From: an uncultured Clostridia bacterium
GTDB lineage: Bacteria; Bacillota; Clostridia; Christensenellales; UBA1242
Reading direction: 5' to 3'
DNA length: 64,000 nucleotides
Assembly: GCA_945928645.1 (NCBI GenBank)
Contig: CAMENR010000002.1
Location: forward strand, 1,048-65,047
Part shown: positions 41,177-56,200 of the stretch, in pieces
Layout of the letters: each line of letters starts with the position of its first letter
How positions within the stretch are numbered: the stretch's first letter is position 1
Translations under genes and position numbers: made by a program
Notes under the pieces: generated by a model
What the model was told of the DNA's origin: nothing
The model's database searches: none
Seen by the model: the letters and a program-made list of their open reading frames with translations, nothing else

Positions 41177-41271
41177 ATAATCATAGTTGTAATAAGATTG
41201 TTGTATTGTGCATTTTTTTGGATAACAATCTTAGCCAACAATTTAGTGGCATATGCCAAGAGGTTATGGTT

Positions 41272-44200
41272 ATGAAAAATTTGAGCCGAAAATTTATGCA
41301 AGGTGTCTGTTCGTCACTTTTGGGTATTGTGGCGATTATGGGCGGGATAATGTTGTCGCCAAATTTTTTTGCATATCAAAAGTCGTATGCAACCATAGAG
41401 AGTTTTCAATCACAAGGCTCTTTGCTAGGTGTAACGCAAGAAGAGATTATTTTTGGAGATGGTCCTTATGATGACAACACTCACCCTCTATACATAGAAA
41501 CACAAGCATTGGTGGATAATGGGTCAATCGCTTTGACAGGTGATAACTTCTATAAGAGCACAGATGATAACAAGGCTTATACTTTTGTCTTTGTAAGTCC
41601 AGTAACAGAGTCGGATACCTCTTGGGGTAGTCCATTTGCCTTTGATGGTTTTACATTCAAAGCAAGTCAAAATTTTGTTGCCAATGGAGCAAATAACACA
41701 ATGCTTACAATCTCCGGGCTTCAAAATGTAAAATTTAGAAATTGCTCTTTTGTAGGCTATGAAAAAGTTGCAGGGATACGTTTTGAGGATTGTGTTAATA
41801 TTTCCTTTGAAAATTGCTCCTTTGTTGACTTTGGTGGGAAAACAATCTCTTCCACAAAAACAGGAGATAATTCAACTATAACATTTTCTGGCGAAAACTA
41901 TTTTGCAAACAATGTTTCAGAAAATGATTCTATTTTATCTTTTGTTAGTGCAGACGTTTACTTTAATATCAAACCTGATAAAACGGATTTTGAAATTCCT
42001 TCCAATACGATATTTGAAGAAAACATTGCTAACAATGTGATAGATATTTCTAGCGGAAGTATAACAGCAAAAAACATAAATTTTGCTAATAACTCTGGCA
42101 GAATTTTCTATATAGATGGTTGTTTTGTTGATTTGCAAGATATCGAATTTTCGAATAACTACAACTGTGTGAACAATGTTATAAAAATCACAGGACAGCA
42201 AAGTAACTTGCAGATGAGCAATCTTTCTTTTGTCAACAACATAATCAAAAGGCAAACAGCAGGAACTGAAGTTGCTAGAGTAATTTCTATTGAATTGTCT
42301 GCTACAACAACAGGAAACCTTAACAATATCAACATTGACAATCCAACAACTTTTGACAATATTGTCGTAATAGGAAATGATAGCAATACAGAAAATTCCT
42401 TTGCAGTTACCGATTGCAACATAACTGGTGGAGGCAGAGCGTTCAGTTTTGAAAAAGTTAAAAATATAACATTTAGTAAGGTTGAGGCAAATAGTTGCTC
42501 TGGCAACATAATTGCAGTAGCAGGCGCTTCCTCACTTGTTATCAAAGATAGCAATATTGGTTGGTTGGACACCACAGAAACCAATGCTCGTGGTATTTAT
42601 GTCAGCAATGTTGCCTCTGCAACAATAGACAATGTAACTGTTTACAACTGCAATATAGGAGCAGAAGAAGATGGTGGTGCTATCTTTTCTGAAAATAGCG
42701 CTTTGGTGCTAAACAATGTAAAGTTGGTTGGTAACAAAGCAAGAAATGGTGGCGCTATCGCAGTTAATGGTGGCAGTGTTACATTGTCAAACAGTGTTCT
42801 TGAATCCAACGGTGCATTTGCTGGTGCAGAAGAAAGTGATTTAAGTGGTTATGGTGGTGCAATATATGTAAACACTGCAACTCTTAAAATCACTGCAACA
42901 ACTAATGATGCTGGAGATGTAAATGAAGACGAAAAAATTATTTTCAAAAACAACAGCGCAGTAAATGGTGGAGCGATTTATTTAACCCAAGAAGCAGAAT
43001 TTACTCAAAATGAAATCAATGGCTATATTTGCCCAATAATTTTTGAATCAAATACATCATCAAAAAACGGTGGTGCAATCTACTCCAAAACGACATTAAA
43101 TATCAAAGATGCTTCATTTGTTGGTGGTGGTTCTGGCGGAAATGGTGGTGCATTGTATATAGATTCATCAAATAATCAATTCAAAGTGGAAGAATGTGAT
43201 TTTCAAGATTTGTATGCAGTGAACGGTGGTGCAATATACGTAAATGTTGCTAACGGTGTAGAAATCCTCGGCGGAAGCAAGGGAAATAAATTCTTATCTT
43301 GCAGGGCAACAGGAGAAGGAGTTATTTACATAGCAAAAGCGCAAAGTGTTAATATTGAAAACACAGAACTATCTGGTGCAAATATCACAGGTGTTGCATC
43401 AGATGGAGTGGTGGTAATTAAATCCAAAGAAGATAGTGAAGCAAATGCCTTTAGTTGTGATATTAACGTTAAAGATTTGACAATAAAGGATTATACAACA
43501 GCCTCCAAAGGTGGAGTGGTGGTGGACTTCCAAGGCTATGCCAGTGCAGAGGCAACTTTTGAAGGAATAATTGTGTCTAATGTGTGTGCGCAAGAAGAAA
43601 GTCCTCTTGGTGGTGCAATGAGTTTTGATGGTAATGTAAAGGCAACAATCTATGACGGAGTATTTACCTCCAACTATGCAGACAATGGTGGTGTTGTGTA
43701 TGCAAATGGCGCAGAAGTATCAATGGAAAATGTAGAGTTTTCGTCAAATTGCACATCGCAAAGTGCTTCTTTGAATAGGGATATAAATGGTGCAATTTTG
43801 TATGCAAATAATAGTAATATTTTCATTAAGGATGCAACAATTTCTGGCACAGTTTTGGCAGTAAACAGTAGCCTTATCACACTGGATGGAGTTGGTGAGG
43901 TAAACTTTGACAACATAGAATTTGTCAACAATACTTGCTATTCTCAATATTCTACATCAAACGATGGTTATGGTGTAAAAATAAGTAAAGGCATAAAATT
44001 TTCTCTTTCAAACGGAAGATTTGTTGGTAACACTTTTGCAAAAGATATTTTGCAATTTGCTGACGATATGACTTATATGATTTCGGACACTCTTTTTGAA
44101 TCCAACGAAATAAAATCTAGCACAGTAAATGGCATCTTGAAGGTAACCAACTCCAACAACATCATTCAAAATTGTGTGTTTAGGGACAATGCAGTAAATG

Positions 44201-47200
44201 GCGATTGTGCTGGTATATTCATCTCCGGAAAGGGTTATTCTTACACCATTGCAGGATGTGAATTCGAATCTTGCAAAGGCGCTAGCGGTAGTGCAGTGCG
44301 TGTAGATTCCAGAGATACTGATGTAAAACTTACATTAGATGGTTGTGTGTTTATAAACAATACAAGTTCAGACGGTGCAGTGTATTCTACAAAGGAGTTA
44401 ACAGTAAAAAATTGCCAGTTCGTAAACAACACTTCCACTGCCAATGCTGGTGCAATAAGGGCAGAAGTTCTTACAGTGATCAGTTCTACATTCCAAGGAA
44501 ATACAGCCAGTGGAAATGGTGGTGCAATATTCATCAGTTCCTCTTCTTCCCAAGCATTGAAAATACTTGATGACAAAACTAAATTCTCAGGAAATATGGC
44601 CTCAAAGGGTGGTGCAATTTACATCTCCAAAAACACAGGGGCAATACTCTCAGGTTGTTGTTTTGTAGGCAACCAGGCAATATATGAAGGTGGTGCAATC
44701 TACAACCTTGGTAGTCTTGTTGCAGAGGGAGTATCTTTTAGCAAAAATATCTGCACAAGCGAAGAAGATTCTCGTGGTGGAACAATATTCTCCCAAGGCA
44801 ATTTGAGCCTGTCGGATATAGAAAACTTTGTGGGCGACAACACCAAAACAATATCTTACGGTGGAGCAATTTACCTCACATCAGAAAGTTTGACAAAGTA
44901 TTCATTCTACATAAACAATGTAAAATTTGGTGACTTTAAGGCAAACAATGGCGGTGTGCTGTATATGAATGACGGCTACCTAAAATTGAATAATTGTTCT
45001 TTTGGTTCTACAGTGGATAACATAGCAAATTCCGCTATTTCTAAAGGTGGAGTGTTGTATATCAATTGTGCAAATTCTAGTGTAGATGTCTTTGATTGCC
45101 AGTTTCAAAATGCAACAGCAACAAATGGCGCATTTGTTTACACAGAGGGGAGTTCTTCAAGTGATATTATTACCTTCAATTCAACCACTTTTAGCGATGC
45201 AACAGGCACTGCATTATATCTTGTTGGTGGCAAGGTCTATTTGCATGATGTAGAGGTTTCTTCTTCCAGCGAAGCAAATATTATTTTGAATGGCGCTTAC
45301 CTATATCTGTCAGGGTTAATAAATATCTATGATGATGGTGAAGGTAAAACAAATGTTAAACACGAAAATGGTTACATTTTCCTTATTGGGCCATTGTCCA
45401 AAGGTTCAAAAATTGGGCTTTCTGCTGATACAGATAAAAGAGTTGTTCAGGCCTTATCCCAAAATAAATATTATATGAATGCTGGAGATGTGCAATGTTT
45501 TGTGCCAGATAGCAATTCCAACATCGCTTTGAGTTACTCTTTTACAAAGGGTGTTGAAACAGGCGCAATCTCTGCCACAGTGATAAGCAACACAACAACT
45601 ACTATTATTGTGTCAGATTTTAATGATTCGGTTAACTTTTTTGAAGGAAATATCGAAGAATTGCCATATTCACTGGTGCAGGTCTATAAAAATGGCACAA
45701 AATTAGACTATACACTTAGTGACAGTGGTTGTAAGTTTGGTGAGAGAATAACTTACGAATTTGTTTCTTATGACGACAAAACTCATCTCTCAGAAAAAGA
45801 TTTCCCAACAGACAAGGTAAAGGGTTCTGCAGGGAGTTATTACATTGTAAATGTGATTGTTGAGCAAGATACAAATAAGAGAACAGAAATAGAAAGCGTC
45901 ATCAAACTCACTGCCGAGGGGCAACTGACAATAGAAAAACTTCCTCAAGTTGACGATTTGTTTGTGGGGCACACTTTGGACACTGCGCACTTGACACAAG
46001 GGAGAGCAGAGTTTGGTGGCAACTCCATCGCAGGAACATTTAGTTGGAAAGATGGCACAAAGACTGCAAGGACAACCGCAGGATATCAGTTGCTTACTGT
46101 TGTGTTTACCCCAACTAACACCAGTTTGTTCGCCCCAGTGGAATTTGAAATGTTGGTCAAGGTGAACGGTTATGACCAATTGACTTACAAGGCTGGGGGC
46201 TTCTTCCGTGGTGAAACAAATGTGGGGACATCTTTGTCTGATATTATCAGCAAAATGAGTGACGGAGGAGTGATTTATCTTGAAAAAACAATAGAAAATG
46301 AATCAATTTCTGTGGACAATAAGACTGTCAAGTTTGTTAGAGCAAATGGTTTTAATGAAGTTATGTTCAAAAATTCTACATTAGGCTCAAAAAATATGAC
46401 AGGAAAAATCATAATTGATGGCGCAGGGGATAGTTTTGTTACAGGAGAAGCGAATCCTAATCCAGAAAATATCATTTTGGTAGATTCCGGATCTAGAGCA
46501 ATATATAGTGGTGTAACTATTCAAAATCACAACGGTTCTGACTCTGCTGTTGCAGTGAAAGCGGGCGCTACACTTACAATTTATGGTGGAGAGATTTTGG
46601 ATAGTATTACAACGGGCAACGGTGGTGGTTTGTCTGTAATGGAAACTTCTACTGTGGTAATTTATGATATATTCATCAAAAACTGCTCGGCAACACTTGG
46701 TGGTGGCTTGTATGTGGATAGTGACGCAAACGTAACAATTTATGATGCAGAAATTGTGGAATGTTCCGCTCAAAATGGTGGTGGATTGTATTGCGTAGGG
46801 GACAAAATAATAATAAGCAATATAAACATTGTATCCAACAAGGCAATTCAAGATAATGCAATAGTCGATTCAGGTCTTGGTGGTGGTGCTTATTTTGGGC
46901 AAGTGCCAAAAATTTATCAAGCAGAGATAAAATACAATTCTGCAGAACTAGGCGGTGGTATTTATCTTGCTAGTTGCGAAACACAATTTGGTCTTGGTCG
47001 TGTGGGAGCAATCGCAGTGTATGGCAATACTGCAGAAGAAAATGGTGGTGGAATATACGCAAAAACCAGTTTTGTTGCCAATGGATTATCTATTTCGCAG
47101 AATATAGCAAAAAGTAGTGGCAGTATGGGTGGAGGTCTATACGTAGAATTAAATGAGCAAGACACAACCAAACAGAGTTTGCTTACCAACTGTGAGCTTG

Positions 47201-50200
47201 TGGGAAATATTGTTAATGCAGGCAATGGTGCAGCAATTTACGCATACGACATTGTGTTAAACAATGTTCAAGTGGTTAATAACGGTATAGAAAACTGCAG
47301 TGCAACAATTCTTGGTGGGGCGATATACACTGCAAAGAGATTGAGTTTGCTAAGCAGTTATGTTTCCAGCAACTATGCACAAGGAAGTGCCGGTAACATA
47401 GAAGTAAGGTCTGCTGGATTATCAGGATTTAATATTAAGGATAGTGAACTGTATGTTTCCAACTCTGTATTATCTAACAACAATATCTACAACCTTTCAG
47501 GTGGAACAATTAGCACAAACTCTGGTTCACAAATTTGGATGGATGCAGGACAATTAGTCGGTGGCATAATATCAATTTCTGATAGTTTGATAGAAGTCAA
47601 CAACAACGAGGAAGTGGCAATAAATTATAGTCAACAGACTACAGAGGACTTGACCAGTGTTACTAACTCAAAAGTGAATATTATTTTGTCTGGCAAAGTG
47701 CAAATATTGGGCAAATTGAGTGTAGTAAGAAATAGTGATAATGCTGAAAGCGAGTCTAACCTTACTCTAAAAAATCTTTCAGCAGATTCCACAGTAAACC
47801 TTGCACTAGACAAAGTAACCAATGGCACAATTATTGCTACAATAATAGGGAATACACTAACAGTTGACAACTACACAAATATTTTCGTTTCATTAGGCAA
47901 GAAGTTTAACTTGCAGAGCGGAGATACAACCACTCTTGTTGTGGGGAATGAAAATGCTTCATACACAACCACAGAAATAAATAAACCAGAAGTATTCAAC
48001 AGAAGTGATAGAAATTATAAGTTATCTCGTGTCAAGATAAATCCAGTAAATACTTATGCTACAGACGGACTTGTAATGTATGAGGTGTATGAAAATGTTG
48101 TAGTGAAAGTTACTGATGTTATTGCCGATATCAATTATGGAAATTTGGGTGCAAGAAAACTAGCAGTTTTGTTTGTAAACCGAGGAACATTGATAATAGA
48201 CAACTTAACACTCACTGCTGGGAGCAGAGCAGGGTATTATGCAATAAAGAATTATGGCACAATGATTATTTCTGCCAGTGAGTTGATTTCTGCTTCTATA
48301 TACAATGAGGGATATATTGAAATAAACAACGGAACAACTATACGTAATACTAGCATATGCCCTGCAATAAGCAACTATGGAAAAGTGGTTATAAACGCTG
48401 GCTCTTTCCATGGAAACACCAGCGGAGTAATAGAAAATTTAGGCGAAGATGCTTATGTAGAGATAAATGATGGTATTTTCTACAACAATGCAAGCAATGG
48501 TTCTGTGGTAGATTTGCAATATGGGTCTGCAGTAATCAATGGAGGAACATTTGAACACAATGTTGTTCAGTCAGATGGTACTGTAGCGTCTATTGGTGGG
48601 GCAATCAAAGTTGACCGTGGCACAACATTGCAAGTGTTTGGTGGAACATTTGAAAGCAACTCGGCTTGCTTTGGTTCAGTGATTTACTCTGAGGGCAATG
48701 TAGAAGTTTATGACGGACTTTTTGTATCAAACTTTACCTACTCCACAGGAGATTTTAATGGTATTGGTGGTGCAATATTTGCAAAAAATAGCAATGTTGC
48801 TATATATGGCGGTATGTTTGAGGGCAACAAAGGTCTGGCAGGTGGAGTTATTGGCGCATACAATGCAAAAGTAGATATCTATGAAGGTGCAAAATTTGCA
48901 GAGAATTATTTATCCAACACAGGCAATCAATGTTATTCTCTTGGGGAAGTAGATTTCTTAAAGATAAAACCTTTTGGTGCAGTCCTATATGCAGGCGGAA
49001 CATCAGAAATCAATATTTTTGGTGGAGATTTTGTGCAAAATGGCAATGGCTATGGCGGTGGAACAATTTATGTTGATAGTTGCGTGTTAAAAATTTCAGG
49101 TGGATATTTTTACAAAAATAATATGGAAACGGGTGGTGGCTTGTATCTGGCAGGTAGTTCACAAACAACTATTACAGACGGTGTTTTCTCAAACAATGAC
49201 GCATCTAGTGCCGATGGTTGCGCTATTTACAACTACGGAGCATCACTCAACCTGTTAGGTGGTGTCATTTACAATCACAATAGCAGTGCAAACATTCTAT
49301 CTCTTAGTGGCACAACAACTATTGCTGGCAATGTTAAGATTTATAACAATACAAGCAATAATAATATCATTTCTGTTACGGGCACTCTTGTTATGAGCGA
49401 TGGCATTATCAGCGGAAACTCTGCCGACAAGTGCATTGTTTATATCAGCGAAGAAACTTCTTCGGCTGTGGTAGAGATTTCAGGTGGTCAAATTACAGGC
49501 AATAGATCTAAAAAAGGTGCTGTGGGTGGTGGAACAGACAAGTTGACAATCAAAGATACACCTTATATTTTCAACAACACCAACGATTCAGAAACAAGCA
49601 GTTTGAATGTAAATGTAAAATGTGATAATATCATCAAAAAAGCATATCCAATTAGACTGGACGGAGATCTTTTGGCTGGCTCGACAGTGGGTATTAGTGC
49701 TCAAGAATTGGCTACTTCAACCAATTATGACTATGTAAAAGTAGTTGCTGGGGTTAGTTCTATAGGGTCTAGTTCTATAGATACAAAGAATTTGCAATAT
49801 TTCTCAAGCGATGACAATCGTTATAGTGTATTTGCTTCTAGCCATATAGTAGATGGCAATTTGTTTTCCAAAGATGACAATCCAACAATGGGAGAAAATT
49901 CTCACTTTATGTTGGGGCATTCTACCAAGCAAATTGATACCAACAAAATTGAATATGTTGCCAGCGATTATTATGGTCAGTATGACGGTGCGTATCATTC
50001 AATCTCTCTAGATTTTATGGATAGCAATGATGCAAATAAATACGACATATCGTATTATCAGAGTTCTACAAGCAATCTAACCAATGAAGCTTTGGACAAT
50101 GTCATTTGGACAAGTAGTTACGAACCTGTGTTGTCAGGTAAGTCTTATGTGTATTTTAGGTTTAGCCTAAAAACTGACAGTTCAAAAAAGAGTTCTGTAG

Positions 50201-53200
50201 ATTGCAGAAGCATTGTTATTGGAGCAAAAGAAGTGGAAGTGCTTGAGGCACCTACACTTCAAACAACAATTTATTACAATGCACAAGAGCCTCTTTCTAA
50301 GTCATATTTGGATACATGGCTGGTGGGTGGCAAAGTGGTTGACAAAGATAATCATAGCATAACAATAGGTGGTAAGTTTGAATGGGGTGAAAGTAGCACT
50401 TTGTTCAACACAATTGGCATAAATAAGTGCACAGTTAGATTTGTTCCAGACGAAAACACATACTCGGCATATTCGTCAATTACTTACACAATAGATGTCT
50501 TTGTCTATGCAGAAAACTTGTATTACAATGGAGAATTCTATGTAGATGATACCTTTACAACTCGTTTAGGAGATAAAAACGTTATTAGCCCTGACAACAA
50601 AAATAGTAGTGGCGAACCAATATATTATCATCAAAATATGGAAAGTGCTTTTGGGGCTTTGGCTAACGGTGGCAAGATTTATGTAAATGCTACCTATGAA
50701 GTTAACACCTCAAACACAATATGGTCAAGAGGATCAGACAGAATAATCATAACTCGTTTTGCTGGATTTAGTGAGGCAATTGTAAAGGTAACAGGCGAAA
50801 ACTCCAGTCTTAATATTTCTGGCGAAATAACCATTGATGGTGGTGCAGTGTGGACTATCAACACAAGCAATCCAAATTACAACAATCCATATTACCTAAA
50901 TAGTTTTGATAGAGCATACAACTCGGGCATAAAAGCAACTAGCAGTATGATAGAAGTGGGTGATAAAGCGTCTCTTACAGTAGAAGAAGGCGTAATATTA
51001 GAGAATGCAGAAAATATAAATAATGGTGGCGCTATCACAAATAACGGAACAACATCTATATCCAATTCGACTATCCAAAAGAATATGGCGAGAAATGGTG
51101 GCGCTATTGTAAATAATGGAACATTAAGTATAAGTGGAAATACAAGGATACAATACAACCTTGCCAATATAGCAACAAAAATTGCTGGAGATAGATATGG
51201 CTATGGAGGAGCAATCTTCCAAGAAGAAGTTGAAACAGCAAAATTTGCAATAACTAAATCTATTCTTTCTTATAACAAATCTCAAATATATGGTGGGGCT
51301 ATTGCAGTGCTTTCTGGCAGTGTTCAATTTGACGCAAGCCAAAGTGGAGATGAAACACAGATTAGCAACAATATGTCTTCCTCTGCAACAGCAATTTATT
51401 CTTGCTCTATGATAAAGGTTGTGGGATTAAAATTATCCAACAACAATCTTATTAGTGGTGCAACAGGCAATAATATTTCTATTATATTAGCAGGCACTGG
51501 CGAAATGATGACCCTGAATAATGGCAAAACGTCCGACAGTGCAGAAGGTAATTTCCCAGCTATAGAAATAAACGGTCAAGTTGTGTTGGTTTCTGCACCT
51601 ACTTCCACAGAGGCAGAATATCTTGACCCATATATTAGGCAAAAGAGTATGGTTTCGGATAAGTCCAGTATGACTGTTTATTTAACAACCAAAGGCGAAT
51701 CTGACAGATTGGTTGTTGTTAGTGATATAGGCAAAGTGTTGGTAGTAGTGGAAAATGGGGCCAATGAGAATGTGTATAAGGCATATACAGGCAATAAGAT
51801 TGCAGTTATAACAACTCACAAAGAAGTGAGCGATATATATGCTCCAAAAGATCCAGTGACCAACGAACCTACGGTTGACACATCAACATGGAAGTTGGTG
51901 GAAAATGGTGGAGAGGTGGAAATTCTTATTTTGAAATCAAAAGAAGTTACTCTCCCAACCAGCAACGAAAATAATCAAAGCAGTGATGTTGTTACAGAAA
52001 ACGAATGGGTAAGAATAACTACAACCTATGGCAATACTTATAGTGCAAACATCGACTCGGCTGATCTCCGTAAGATTTCTTATGTAGAAAAGGGAGAAAA
52101 GGAACAAAGATTTGACTATGCTGGGCAGGCAATTAAAGAGTTTAGATATGTAGACAACGTAGGTTTTGGATTGAATTTGAATACTCAAGTCCGTATCGGT
52201 AGAAATATATATGCCTGGTGGACACTGGCAACACCTATATTTGACGTTAAAGGTTATGTTTTGGACGAACAAGGCAATCAAGTCGGTGAAGAATTTAATG
52301 CTACAGACGGATATTCTGTGCCTTATGGCAATATGATTAAACTGAAAGTAAACATTCAAAACAAAAATGACAACAACATCAACGAAGAGGATAATTATAA
52401 TTACTCTTATCAATGGGTTTATTATAACGCCAGCAATACGCAAATAGATTTCAAAAACCCTACACTGTCTGGTCACCCTGACGAATTAGTGATAAAGCAT
52501 GCATTTTCGGGTAGAATAGGAGTGTTAGTAACTGTAACAGGCAAGGGCGCTAATGATGAAAGTGTAGAAACTAGAAGCAATACAATCTCTATTGATAATA
52601 TTAAAATAACCCAAGCACAGATTGAATTGTCGTTGAAAGATAAAAACTTTACTTATGCACATCACGACATCAATCCAATTTATAACGATGGAATTGCAAA
52701 AACGGTAACAGGTGATAGTGAATACAATCTTTGGATAAGCAAAATCAACGGAAATATATCTGATGGGACAGAAAGTTTGATGTTGCCTTATGGCGAAAAT
52801 TTATACACGCATATTCAACCAATAGGGACTGTGAAGGACAAAGAATACAAAACAAACATCAATGCTCTTAATAGTGGTGATTATCTTGTTGATATAGGAG
52901 CAGAGATTGCTGCTAGTGGCGAGGTAGGAAAAACAGATTCGGACAACTATGATTACTTTGGCAATTTTGATTATCAACTTATAAACAATTTAGATAGAGA
53001 ATGGAGAATAACGCAACTAAATATAAGTGTTCAAAAATGGGTTTATGCACAACAAATAGGAGAAAGCCTGTTTAGGATAGTAGGAGATTACACCAATGCT
53101 ATTCAAAATATCAGCGGTTATACATTTGTTGTTTTGCCAGTTTTTGATAATATTGGAGAGGACAATATAAGGTTTAAACTTACTACCAAACATCTTGGAG

Positions 53201-56200
53201 AAGAGGTTTCTGAAGACATTGTCATCAAATACAATGGATATGCAAATGGAGATGTAATTGTCCTTGAAGACATAACAAATAGCACACCTAAGTTGTCTAG
53301 CATAGGATATGTTGGAGATATAGGGACATTTAGAACAACTATTAGCCAAGTTAACGACTATACAAATGAAAGTGATATTGGAGAAGGCAACCAAAATTAT
53401 TCTTGTGTCGATATAGAGAAAAATTGGGCAATTACCAGAACACAAGCAGTTGTTTCCGATTGGATAATTGGATATATTGGAGAGAGTTCAACAAATTATC
53501 AATATACCTATTTAGATGGCGAAGAAAACAACAAAATTATACAAGTGAACAACACCTACTTTGATAGCGAAACAAATAGTATGGTTGTTTCGGACGACTT
53601 CTTCTACAGAGATGGTGGCAAGTTGGCTGTGGGTGCAACATTTATAAATTGCGCCAACGGAACGGGAGGCGCGGTAAGAGAAGGGCTAAAGGTTACGCTG
53701 TCTGTTAATGGTAGATTGAACAATGGAGCAGTCCTTGAGCAGATTTTTACCTATGCAGTATCATCCAACAATGCTGGTGTATTGGATAGTGAAAGAAAAT
53801 CTTACATCGAACTATTTAATCCTAATGTAGCAGATTCTGTAACACAAGCAGGAATATATACAATAACTATCAACTTTGTTTCGGAAGAGTCGGATTTTGA
53901 TATGGCGTCGGCATATAGTTATACTCTTACAGTTGTAGTGAACAGACAAGTGTTGCAGGTAGAAGACAAATGGGTTGGCAATTGGGGAAGTCTTCTCAAT
54001 GTATATGACGGACTGCAAAAAACAATGACCATTGAAAATGCAGTTGGGTATATTTACAGGACGTATTCTGCAGTGGAAGATGTGGAATCAGAGGAAGGAT
54101 ATCATACTGATGTTAGATATTACATAGACAATGGATATGCTTCAATAGAAAAAGTTGTAAATGCTGATGTGTATATAACATATGCCACCTTGCCAACTGA
54201 ATTGTCTTACAATTATAGACTGGACAAGGAATACAACATATGGACTGTGTATCCTCGAACACTGAATGTTGATACCTCAAATAGCAATATGCAATGGACA
54301 GGAACACTACAGACATATAGACCAAATATTAGCAATGTGCTTATTATTGACTCTATAGAAAGTATAATAGATTTCAGTGAGGGTTTTGTAGCTGTGGATA
54401 TCAACGAAACAGACGAAGTTGGCTATAGTGGGGTTATGACCATTACATCAACCAACTACACATTTGGTTCGGATGGTATTTACGAAATGGAAAAAACAGT
54501 TAATTGGCATATTGTTAGAAAACAATTATCTGTCAAATGGAATTTTTACTCTGATGGAGTTATGGACCCAACTATATACGAAAGCAGTGGGGAAACAGTC
54601 GCTGTTAGCCAAGAGTATAGTGGCAAAACGTTCTATCCAGTGGTAGTCCTTGACGGATTTGTAACAGTAGACGGGGTAACTTACAACAATGTTTCTGCCA
54701 GTGCGTCATATTTTAGGCAAGGGGAAACCTCCGCATTAGACGGAACATTTATCAAAAATGCTAGCAGATATTATGCATTTGTGGGCGACAGTTTAACTAG
54801 CGAACACGCCATATATTATTCTCTACCAGCAGATGTTTCAAATAAAAGAATTACATGGGAAATCACTCAAAAAGAAGTTACTATAGAATGGGCAGAAACT
54901 CCTATAGAATACAATGGAAATACCATAATTTACAGCGCAACAATACCTCAAGAGCAACTAAGAGGAGATGACAGAGTTGGTGACTTTGAATTGGTGTATG
55001 GTGGCATTTACTCAGCCAGAGATGTAGGCAATTACATTGCCACAGCAACTATCGTCAAAAAAGGCGGTGGAATAACAAACTATGTAGTATCCAATGATAG
55101 CAAACAGGGACAGTGGAGCATAAAAGCAAAGGAAATTTCGCTACAATTTACAACTGGAAACTCATTCACTTATGATGGCAAGGCACATATCAATTCTGCA
55201 GAATTTAGTTCAGCACTTTTTGCTGGAGATATCGTTAAGATAGTGCCAAAATATTACAATGGCTACAATGCAAGTGGAGAACCAATCCTAGATGGTGTCA
55301 ACATTATCAATGTGGGCAAATACAGTGCTAAGTTTGAATTGTATAACAACGACAATACTCCTTGCACAAACTATATTGTAAAAGACAGTGATATTTCCAA
55401 TTGGGATATTGTTCAACTCAAATTGCAATTAGATTGGTTTGATCGTGATGATGTTAAAGTAACAAGTGTTGCAAATTATCAAAAGAATTACAATTCCAAT
55501 GGAAGCACAGCCTATTATGTTTACTATAGCATTGCTAATAGCGAAAGTTTTACCTTTGATGGAAGAGAACAAGTAACAGTGAAATTTGGCGAAGTGGGAA
55601 CCAGCAACAACAGAACTATTACAATAGGACTTTTGAATGAACTTAGAAGTTCTACAGAATTTATAAATTCTAGTTACTTTATAAATGCAGGGACTTACTT
55701 TATAGAGATTATGTCTATCGCAGATAGCGGAGGCAAGTCTAACTTTGCTATGCCAGACAACAAGCGATTTACAGTAACAGTAAATCCTGCACAAATTGTT
55801 ATAACTAAAATTCTTGACGACAACAACAATTATAGTGAAGATGACTGGTGTGTTGCAAGATTCTACAATGAAGGTGGCTCTACAGTTCCTCCACAATATG
55901 ATGGGACAGAAAAAACAGCATATGTCAAGTTAAGGGATTTGTCGGGCAAAGAACTTACTATCAATGTAGACTTTAAGGTAGAAAACAACAAAAAGACCAA
56001 TGCAGGCTCTTATGATGCCACTGTTACCTTGATCAATGGCAATTATGCCTTGGGCTCACTGCTAGTTGTAGATGGCAAGGAAACATTCCAACAACAAGTC
56101 AGTGTAAAGGTAAGGTGGAGTATAAAAGCAAAACCTGTAACTTTTGTGTGGCCAGAGAAAACTGAGTTTGAGTTTACAGGGGCAGATATAACAATAAATG

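Noticed and set aside
41253-41471. 72-aa plus-strand ORF at the start of giant gene 2
   Set aside because: It is out of frame with, and overlapped by, the open frame of more than 22 kb that has a proper RBS and signal peptide.
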